Below the pieces are notes generated by a model, which was not told where the DNA came from, searched no databases, and saw only the letters and a list, made by a program, of their open reading frames with translations. Positions 14,780 through 20,571 of a stretch of 45,420 nt of DNA are shown here, piece after piece (the first letter of the stretch is position 1; every line of letters begins with the position of its first letter). The translations under genes were made by a program, and so were the position numbers. Location: IMG/VR virus record IMGVR_UViG_3300012582_000002, positions 1 to 45,420 of that record. One strand, written 5' to 3'. The stretch comes from a virus.

Positions 14780-15011
14780 GGTTCGCCTCTTCGCCGAAGG
14801 GTATGACCTGCTTCATGACCTTGTAGCCAGCGACTCGCTTCAGGTCGACTTCGTAGACGTAGGTGTTCCCGTCGGTCGCCTTGGTCTCATCGTAGGCGTA
14901 GCTCCGCGCGTCACCCAAGGGGTTGAGTCCGCCGCAGCACACTGCGATGACGTTGTCGGGCTCTAGTGCAAAATGTATGTTGCTGGACTTGGACGCTACG
15001 TATGCCTTCAT
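14763..15011 (-). CDS. Hypothetical protein (82 aa)
   Basis: Tracked ORF with GGAGGG RBS. Confidence 0.6.
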   Translation of the reverse strand: MKAYVASKSSNIHFALEPDNVIAVCCGGLNPLGDARSYAYDETKATDGNTYVYEVDLKRVAGYKVMKQVIPFGEEANLASPF

Positions 15012-15035
15012 TGCTTCCCTCCTGTCGGACAGAGA

Positions 15036-15111
15036 TGCACAAGGCCGAAGAACCCCATCATCGGGGACCAGCCTAGGGGGCGCCTACTTATATTTCGGCA
15101 GACCTTGTGCA
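15036..15111 (-). ncRNA. Structured 5' leader (long closing helix enclosing two hairpins)
   Basis: TGCACAAGG/CCTTGTGCA (9 bp) plus CCGAA/TTCGG closing helices. Inner hairpins CCCC-6-GGGG and TAGG-5-CCTA. Lies between a terminator hairpin and the RBS of 14763..15011. Confidence 0.4.
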
Positions 15112-15122
15112 CCTTTGACCGA

Positions 15123-15146
15123 GCACAGCCCCCGAAGGGGCTGTGC
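15123..15146 (-). terminator. GC hairpin after 15155..15577
   Basis: GCACAGCCCC-(4)-GGGGCTGTGC, 10 bp. Confidence 0.55.
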
Positions 15147-15154
15147 GCAGAGGT

Positions 15155-15577
15155 TTACTTCTCCAGCGGATAGGCAGACCGAGACACATCGATCATGTTT
15201 TCCTTGATGCTCTCGACAACGACGTCATGAGCGTCTCGGAACGCCTCCCAGGAGGAGTGTGTCTGGATGAACCTGACCGCATCTCGCTGGCCCTGTAGGG
15301 CCAACTTGCGGGCCCCTGAGAGTGCATCCCGACCGACATGGATGACGCACGTCTCGTACGCCGGAGGGATGTCGCTGCTCAGCAGCTTGCCCGACCAGAT
15401 CTTGAAAAGCAGGGCCGGGTTTTCAAGCTCAGGGTTGGTGGTGGTGACCACAGCGTAGTCTCCCACGTATGTGATCATACGGCCGTACTCGGTCTCCTCG
15501 TCGAACACCGCCTCATCGATCCGGTGATGGACTGCACAGTCTTCGCCCATCGGGCAGTCTTCGAACTCGTCTGTCAC
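15155..15577 (-). CDS. Hypothetical protein (140 aa)
   Basis: Tracked ORF, GTGA-coupled start. Confidence 0.6.
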   Translation of the reverse strand: MTDEFEDCPMGEDCAVHHRIDEAVFDEETEYGRMITYVGDYAVVTTTNPELENPALLFKIWSGKLLSSDIPPAYETCVIHVGRDALSGARKLALQGQRDAVRFIQTHSSWEAFRDAHDVVVESIKENMIDVSRSAYPLEK

Positions 15578-15981
15578 TTTATTCCCCTTACTCTCTTTGC
15601 GTTCAGAACAGCGAAGACGACTTGGCCGTTGAGACCAACCCTGACTTCACTCTCTGGCACTTCGTACTGCTGCTCCTCGAAGCCTACAGCCTGAAGAGTC
15701 CTCAGGCATCCCTTGAACCACCGCCTGAGCGAGACCGGGTCTGCGAAACCGCAGACCTCCCACTCTTGGATGTTGTTGAGCAGGCGGTCGGCGTAGGGCG
15801 TGAGGTGAATGCGGGTGCAGGACTTACTGACCAGCTTCTCACGCGCCTCCATGAACTGTTCAAGCTTCTTGGGGTCGCTATCGGACCACTCCATAACGTA
15901 CCAGGAGCCTGCGTAGGGGCCGCAAGGCATGTTGACGCGCTTGTCGATGACCTCTTTGTGTGCGAGGCGGTAAACGATCAT
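15574..15981 (-). CDS. Hypothetical protein (135 aa)
   Basis: Tracked ORF, AGGAG RBS. Confidence 0.6.
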   Translation of the reverse strand: MIVYRLAHKEVIDKRVNMPCGPYAGSWYVMEWSDSDPKKLEQFMEAREKLVSKSCTRIHLTPYADRLLNNIQEWEVCGFADPVSLRRWFKGCLRTLQAVGFEEQQYEVPESEVRVGLNGQVVFAVLNAKRVRGIK

Positions 15982-16000
15982 AACGGTCTCCTGTTGCGTG

Positions 16001-16135
16001 CTAAGCGTCCACGTCTTCAGGCTCGTAGTCGAACCGAGGTTCGGTACCAGCGCTACGCAGCTCTTCGCAGAGAGCGGAGCAGAAGCCCCACTGATCAGCG
16101 GAGAGAGAGACGTGACAGATTACGCACTTGTCCAT
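16001..16135 (-). CDS. 44-aa Cys-rich (CxxC...C...C) protein
   Basis: Hand-translated MDKCVICHVSLSADQWGFCSALCEELRSAG.... AAGGGA RBS. Confidence 0.45.
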   Translation of the reverse strand: MDKCVICHVSLSADQWGFCSALCEELRSAGTEPRFDYEPEDVDA

Positions 16136-16152
16136 GATTTCCCTTTCTGAAC

Positions 16153-16173
16153 GAGCACCCCGCAAGGGTGCTC
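16153..16173 (-). terminator. GC hairpin immediately 3' of TLE3
   Basis: GAGCACCC-(5)-GGGTGCTC, 8 bp. Confidence 0.45.
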
Positions 16174-16176
16174 TAG

Positions 16177-16217
16177 TGCCTGCCTAGGACTCGCACCTAG
16201 GTGTGTGCTGCTCAGGC
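16177..16217 (-). ncRNA. tRNA-like minihelix element TLE3
   Basis: RNA sense GCCTG-AGCAGCACACA-CCTAGG-TGCGAGT-CCTAGG-CAGGC-A. Starts 6 nt after stop 16224-16226. Confidence 0.55.
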
Positions 16218-16223
16218 TACCTG

Positions 16224-16751
16224 TTACCAGCCGAGATCAACAGGTACCAGCTCCTCTGTCTTCTCGTCAACCATGATGTTGGCGCCATGCAAGTCCTGGA
16301 TGCCCATACGGTCCATCAGGACACGCCTAAGGCTCCAGTAGCCCATTCCGGGGCCGTCGTTGTGGGAGTAGTTGTCCAGCTCTCTGCCTGTCACCAGCTC
16401 CATAGCGATGACCGCTTCGTCATCCAGGTCGTAGAGCTCATGCCGAGGAAGGCGAGAGCCTGGAGGCATCTCGCACTCAAGGCGGAGGCGCTCCAGGTTC
16501 TCATGCTCACTCCAGTTGGACTGGCAACCTTCATAGTCGTCATCGTCAGGGTCCCGAGGGGACTGCTCCACCTTGTAGGCGACCCCATCAGGGGACGCGA
16601 ACACAGTGCGGTAACAGCCCTCCCCAAGCAGCCTCCAGCCCTCAGGGGCTGCCTTGGAGAAGTAGTCGTACCCCCACTTGTGCTTGGAGGCCTCCTCGCG
16701 GTACCAGTCACGGATGAACAGAGCATCTTCCGCGTTGCCGATCATGCCCAT
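16224..16751 (-). CDS. Minimal protein-kinase-like protein, paralog B (175 aa)
   Basis: LGEGCYRTV (G-loop), VAYKV (VAIK Lys), DLHGANIMV (DxxxxN), PVDLG (DFG-like). The protein ends 2 aa after the DFG position. Confidence 0.6.
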   Translation of the reverse strand: MGMIGNAEDALFIRDWYREEASKHKWGYDYFSKAAPEGWRLLGEGCYRTVFASPDGVAYKVEQSPRDPDDDDYEGCQSNWSEHENLERLRLECEMPPGSRLPRHELYDLDDEAVIAMELVTGRELDNYSHNDGPGMGYWSLRRVLMDRMGIQDLHGANIMVDEKTEELVPVDLGW

Positions 16752-16796
16752 GATCTCTCCAGATCATAGTGGAGAACGCCCTGTGCGCTCTCTTTG

Positions 16797-16838
16797 TCCC
16801 TCGGATGAGGCTCGCACTCATCTGCCGCTAGTCGAGGG
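16797..16838 (-). ncRNA. tRNA-like minihelix element TLE4
   Basis: RNA sense CCCTCG-ACTAGCGGCA-GATGAG-TGCGAGC-CTCATC-CGAGGG-A. Starts 8 nt after stop 16847-16849. Confidence 0.55.
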
Positions 16839-16846
16839 TGACCGAG

Positions 16847-17353
16847 TCAGCGACCAAAGTCCACCGGAATCAGGACTTTGGTCGACTCTTCGATCATAAC
16901 GTTCTCGCTGTGCATGTCGCACAGGTTGTAGGCACACTCGATCTGCCACATAAGGTCGGTGATCTCTTTGGGCTGATCCCAGGAGTAAAGGGCGTAGACC
17001 GTCTTGCCAACGATGCGCTCCATAGCGAGCACACCGTTACCGCTGAAGCCAAGCGGGTAGAAAGAGCAGGCGGGGAGACGAGAGCCTACAGGGGCTTCTC
17101 TGTCCCGCGCCCTCTCCAGGGCCTGATACTCGCCCTCGTTCGACTGGACACTGTCGGGGCGGTGCTGCACTTTGTACGCAACACCGTCGGGTGACAGCCA
17201 CACCGAACGGAACGAGCCCTCACCCAGGTAGGTCCAACCCTCAGGGGGGTCGCTCCTCATGTGCTGAGTGGTGCGAGGGTACTTCTCCTCGCCATACCAG
17301 GCACGTACCCAGTCGCGGATAAGCCTGGCATCTGCTTCGTTACCGATCTCCAC
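16847..17353 (-). CDS. Minimal protein-kinase-like protein, paralog A (168 aa)
   Basis: LGEGSFRSV, VAYKV, DMHSENVMI, PVDFG in kinase order and spacing. Ends right after DFG. GTG start with AGGAG RBS. Confidence 0.6.
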   Translation of the reverse strand: MEIGNEADARLIRDWVRAWYGEEKYPRTTQHMRSDPPEGWTYLGEGSFRSVWLSPDGVAYKVQHRPDSVQSNEGEYQALERARDREAPVGSRLPACSFYPLGFSGNGVLAMERIVGKTVYALYSWDQPKEITDLMWQIECAYNLCDMHSENVMIEESTKVLIPVDFGR

Positions 17354-17362
17354 GGCCTACTC

Positions 17363-17446
17363 CTACTTGTAGAGAGACTTGAGGAGGGCTCCGACAGCCC
17401 TGAAGGCTATGTACGCCACCAGGACAAACAGGATGATGTCCATCAT
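17363..17446 (-). CDS. 27-aa hydrophobic peptide
   Basis: Hand-translated MMDIILFVLVAYIAFRAVGALLKSLYK. AAGGGA RBS. Confidence 0.45.
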   Translation of the reverse strand: MMDIILFVLVAYIAFRAVGALLKSLYK

Positions 17447-17486
17447 GTTCCCTTTCGCGAAGAACGTCACTGTGTGTGATGTCCAG

Positions 17487-17528
17487 CGCCCCGGGCTGGA
17501 GTCGAACCAGCCTATGGCCGTTCGGGGC
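17487..17528 (-). ncRNA. tRNA-like minihelix element TLE5
   Basis: RNA sense GCCCCG-AACGGCCATA-GGCTGG-TTCGACT-CCAGCC-CGGGGC-G. T-arm identical to TLE1. Preceded by three hairpins. Confidence 0.6.
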
Positions 17529-17605
17529 TGCCCACACGCCTTTGTGTGAGCCTACGAGCACCTAGTAGGGCATCGGCCTGCCACTAGGTGTCCGGGTGTC
17601 TGTAG

Positions 17606-17625
17606 GAGGCCCCTGAGGGGGCCTC
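17606..17625 (-). terminator. GC hairpin after 17635..17931
   Basis: GAGGCCCC-(4)-GGGGCCTC, 8 bp. Confidence 0.5.
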
Positions 17626-17634
17626 TTGGGGGTC

Positions 17635-17931
17635 TTAACGATCCTGATCTGCTTCATACTCACTCGCCCACTTGAGAGCCTCGGCCTTGGTGTTGAAGCC
17701 CAAGAATGTACCCACCGTGTTCACCTCGCCAGTGAGGCGGGCGAAACGGACTGTGTACCGCCTCGGGGAGTTGAAGTCCTCACGCTCGGAAGACACGAAG
17801 AACGCGCCCTCGGGGTGCTGGACCAGCTCCGGATACAGGATGGAGTCGAAGAACGCCATAGAAGACTCATCGAACCAGTGATGGCCGATAGCCTTGTTGG
17901 CCCACTTGATCTCTTGGAGGCTGTTGAACAT
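17635..17931 (-). CDS. Hypothetical protein (98 aa)
   Basis: Tracked ORF, AAGGGAG RBS 6 nt upstream. Confidence 0.6.
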   Translation of the reverse strand: MFNSLQEIKWANKAIGHHWFDESSMAFFDSILYPELVQHPEGAFFVSSEREDFNSPRRYTVRFARLTGEVNTVGTFLGFNTKAEALKWASEYEADQDR

Positions 17932-17959
17932 GTCCCACTCCCTTGGTCATCGAACTGCG

Positions 17960-18000
17960 TGCCCGCTCTGGACTCGAACCAGAGAGTATGCCATTCGGGC
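17960..18000 (-). ncRNA. tRNA-like minihelix element TLE6
   Basis: RNA sense GCCCG-AATGGCATACT-CTCTGG-TTCGAGT-CCAGAG-CGGGC-A. Starts 7 nt after stop 18008-18010. Confidence 0.6.
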
Positions 18001-18007
18001 TAGGTGC

Positions 18008-18277
18008 CTAGCGACGCTTGTACGACGGTCCGCCGAACTTGCGGACTGCCGGGGCGTTGCCCTTGCGGGGTGCAGGCTGCACCTTCACGTGACCACTACC
18101 ATACTTAGGGTAGTAGTGGTAATGGTGGTGCGTGTCGTAGTAGCCGTGGCTGGTGTCGTGCGGGTAGTACCCGCCGCTATTGCCACCAGGGTCGTTGCAT
18201 GCCACTACAGCTACAAGCACGATCACAGCAAGGAAGAGCCCCGCAACAAACGTGAGGATCTTGCTTTCGCTGTCCAT
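18008..18277 (-). CDS. Single-pass membrane protein with His/Tyr-rich tail (89 aa)
   Basis: TM segment ILTFVAGLFLAVIVLVAVVA, then GGYYPHDTSHGYYDTHHHYHYYPKYGSGH and a basic C-terminus. GGGAGG RBS. Confidence 0.6.
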   Translation of the reverse strand: MDSESKILTFVAGLFLAVIVLVAVVACNDPGGNSGGYYPHDTSHGYYDTHHHYHYYPKYGSGHVKVQPAPRKGNAPAVRKFGGPSYKRR

Positions 18278-18294
18278 ATTGTCCTCCCTAGACA

Positions 18295-18314
18295 GGCAAG
18301 GCCTTCGCCTTGCC
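18295..18314 (-). terminator. GC hairpin immediately 3' of TLE7
   Basis: GGCAAGGC-(4)-GCCTTGCC, 8 bp. Confidence 0.45.
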
Positions 18315-18318
18315 CTAG

Positions 18319-18359
18319 CGCCTCTCTACGGCTCGAACGTAGATGCCTGCCTGCGAGGC
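18319..18359 (-). ncRNA. tRNA-like minihelix element TLE7
   Basis: RNA sense GCCTC-GCAGGCAGGCA-TCTACG-TTCGAGC-CGTAGA-GAGGC-G. Starts 7 nt after stop 18367-18369. Confidence 0.6.
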
Positions 18360-18366
18360 TTACTGC

Positions 18367-18738
18367 CTAGCGATACGACCGTACAGCCTGCCCTACGGAG
18401 TGGCTCCAGGTATATCCACTGTCTTGCGTGCCTTGAGCGATCTGGAGCATGCGGGCAACGTTGCTGTCGGTGTAGTTGATGACGCCTTCGCTCCTCAAGT
18501 CTACGAGCAGGTCTTCGGCGGGGACGCCGAGGCTGTCGCTAACCCCCCCGTCGGCCCGCACGAGGCGCTCCAGAGGCACTCCAGCGTTGTGGAGGAAGTG
18601 TCCGACGATGCACGAAGGCTGACCGCCCTCTACGTAGAGACACACACCCCCAGCATGCGGGTAGCGATACTCCTCACCCTTGAGGTCCACGAGGGAATGC
18701 AGACCCTCGACGACGTCTTTGATGGTGATCTCGATCAT
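18367..18738 (-). CDS. Hypothetical protein (123 aa)
   Basis: Tracked ORF 18367..18744. ATG 18738 preferred because AAGGGA lies 6 nt upstream. Confidence 0.6.
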   Translation of the reverse strand: MIEITIKDVVEGLHSLVDLKGEEYRYPHAGGVCLYVEGGQPSCIVGHFLHNAGVPLERLVRADGGVSDSLGVPAEDLLVDLRSEGVINYTDSNVARMLQIAQGTQDSGYTWSHSVGQAVRSYR

Positions 18739-18759
18739 GTCCACTCCCTTGACGTGCCA

Positions 18760-18778
18760 GGCGCCCCTTACGGGCGCC
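18760..18778 (-). terminator. GC hairpin immediately 3' of TLE8
   Basis: GGCGCCC-(5)-GGGCGCC, 7 bp. Confidence 0.45.
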
Positions 18779-18781
18779 CGA

Positions 18782-18824
18782 GTAGGTGCTCAGGACTCGA
18801 ACCTGAGTGTCTGCCTGTCACCCA
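18782..18824 (-). ncRNA. tRNA-like minihelix element TLE8
   Basis: RNA sense TGGGTG-ACAGGCAGACA-CTCAGG-TTCGAGT-CCTGAG-CACCTA-C (one G-U pair). Starts 5 nt after stop 18830-18832. Confidence 0.6.
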
Positions 18825-18829
18825 TCCTG

Positions 18830-19051
18830 CTAGTAGCCCTGAGTCTCTACGTACTCGAAGGCCATCCATGCCACCTGGTTGTGCGTTTTACGCACCCCTG
18901 TGGTGATAATGTCGTCGAAGATGATGTTGGCGGAGTGGGAGACAGAGACTCTCCAATCGCCCTCGTAGGCCTGGCCTACAGTGCCACCACCAACCTTGTC
19001 GGTCCTGATGACGTGCTCACCATACATGTGCGTGGTCTCACTCATCGTCAC
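18830..19051 (-). CDS. Hypothetical protein (73 aa)
   Basis: Tracked ORF. Start 19051 or 19045. Confidence 0.55.
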   Translation of the reverse strand: MTMSETTHMYGEHVIRTDKVGGGTVGQAYEGDWRVSVSHSANIIFDDIITTGVRKTHNQVAWMAFEYVETQGY

Positions 19052-19118
19052 TCCAGTTGCTACCGATGAAGAACAGCAGGACTACCAAGAAGCCTATGAT
19101 GGCTGAGTTGGTACTCAC
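19038..19118 (-). CDS. Possible 26-aa hydrophobic peptide
   Basis: Hand-translated VSTNSAIIGFLVVLLFFIGSNWSDDDE. GTGA-coupled to 19115..19357. Confidence 0.3.
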   Translation of the reverse strand: MSTNSAIIGFLVVLLFFIGSNWSDDE

Positions 19119-19357
19119 GGGTTCTTCACGGCAACGAGGACGCTGAGAGTGTTCTCGGCGTCCGTGCTGTATACCTTGTAGCGGTCGGCCGTAACGGCCG
19201 AGCCTACCAGGCGGAGAGAGAGCAGGAGCTTGTCCAGCTTCTCGTCAAACGGGTCGCCCTCGTCAGACACCAGATCGGTCACCTCTCGCAAGGTGGCTTT
19301 GGTGTTCCTGCCGATCAGCTCACCGTCGATGATTACATAGACCGTGTACGTTTCCAT
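19115..19357 (-). CDS. First early-arm protein (80 aa), hypothetical
   Basis: ATG (METYTVYVIIDG...) with GGAAGGA RBS. The tracked ORF extends to 19420 without support. Confidence 0.55.
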   Translation of the reverse strand: METYTVYVIIDGELIGRNTKATLREVTDLVSDEGDPFDEKLDKLLLSLRLVGSAVTADRYKVYSTDAENTLSVLVAVKNP

Positions 19358-20571
19358 GTTGATCCTTCCTGCGGAGCCAGTTGGGTGCACCTGCCTGTGG
19401 CAGCACACGTGCACCCTCAAGCTCTTACAGGGAATTTGGACTACCTAGCTCGCGTTGACCGTCAAGGACAAGTCTACGAGCAGCCCCGCAAGGGCTGCGC
19501 TCACACTGTCGGCATCAACCGCGACAGCTAGGTGACTCTCTATTCAGTTCTCAAGGATCTTGCTTCCAGGTGCTACCTCAGCCTCTTCGAGACTCTGCGC
19601 TCACCTGCTCCTCCACCTATCCAACCGTGTGGCTGGCCTTCCGGCTGAGGAGGACTATCCAGGACTCTTGCGAGTCTGTCAAGCCCCTCTTTTCTTGCTG
19701 TCTGCGCCTCCCCCTTCGTGGCGGGTTGTGCTGACAGGTAGAACAATCCTCTTCCGGTGCCCACCTGTCAACACCCAACCTAAAGAATCTTGGGGTGTGC
19801 AGGTGAGGGGCTGTGTGCTGTGGTGCTGGCGGGGAGAGAGCAGGGCTACTGCTGCCCACCATGAGGGTGCATGCGTGCACGTGCACGCGCGTGTATGACC
19901 TGCGATGTGGAGGCAGGGTGCATAGTCCACCCCCACAATCCAAGGCGATTGAGCAATATGTCCAACTAATCGCAGCTAGCAGGACCATATGTCCTACATA
20001 TTGCAGCCTAGCCATACCATGTGTACACATGTGCAGCACGCCGCTCAGATGAGCAGCCCAGCGCAGCCCACATCACCATGATCTACCCACAGCTACCCAA
20101 GTCGGACACAGTGTGACATCTCATGAGGCGGCAGGACATGTCGGACCCGGGGGTTTTAACTGGGAGCGGACACTGTGTGTGTGAGACCCCATATAAATTT
20201 GCCATAGAATTGCCAGGTACAAGTTCTACCCAGAGTGACCATGACACACCACTTCCATCACTCTCCGTAGATAGTTGGTAAAGAGTAGGTAACGTTGCTT
20301 GCGCGCAAGGACGAGATAGACCCCGTACTGTATATGAGTAGAAAAACTTACCATGGGCGCCTACAACCACACAGGCTCACAGCCAACTGCACCCGTCAGA
20401 CCAGACCCCCTCCGGGGGCTGGTCGTGCACACGGTCTGCTATATCAACCCACTGCAAGTTTCCTTAACTGTCCTCTTACGCGGAATCTCTCCCCGCTGAG
20501 TACCAGGGCCTAGCGGCCCTGGAGCTTATAGGCACCCATGGCAAACAGGAGAGTCAACGGAGGTACAGCAA
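19358..20571. other. 1.2-kb ORF-poor divergent control region (candidate promoters, packaging/replication signals, possible ncRNA)
   Basis: Only short ORFs with non-protein-like composition. Dense hairpins, palindromes, an alternating Pu-Py tract, locally AT-richer sequence. Lies between the first early gene and the terminase. Confidence 0.7.
19654..19682 (-). promoter_or_regulatory. Candidate sigma-70-type early promoter
   Basis: Minus strand TTGACA-17 nt-GATAGT. Points into the early arm, about 290 nt upstream of the first early ATG. Confidence 0.3.

Noticed and set aside
16177-18824. tRNA-like elements interpreted as phage attP cores matching host tRNA 3' ends
   Set aside because: No integrase or excisionase is present. 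There are eight copies with different sequences. Each copy contains both strands of the acceptor-like stem, which an attP core derived from a tRNA 3' half would not need.
16177-18824. The same elements interpreted as ordinary tRNA genes
   Set aside because: The minihelix copies are only 41-43 nt, with a 10-11-nt linker in place of the D and anticodon arms. No anticodon can be assigned, so they cannot decode.
16177-18824. The same elements interpreted as simple intrinsic terminators
   Set aside because: The two-stem coaxial layout with a conserved 7-nt T-loop, and the absence of U-tracts, does not fit a plain terminator. Separate GC hairpins follow several of them. A role in 3'-end formation is not excluded.
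19560-20513. Short ORFs in the large intergenic region (19560..19898+, 19617..20039-, 19813..20052+, 20083..20370-, 20295..20513+)
   Set aside because: They have Cys/His/Arg/Pro-rich non-protein-like translations and no RBSs. They overlap each other in several frames, so the region is treated as non-coding.
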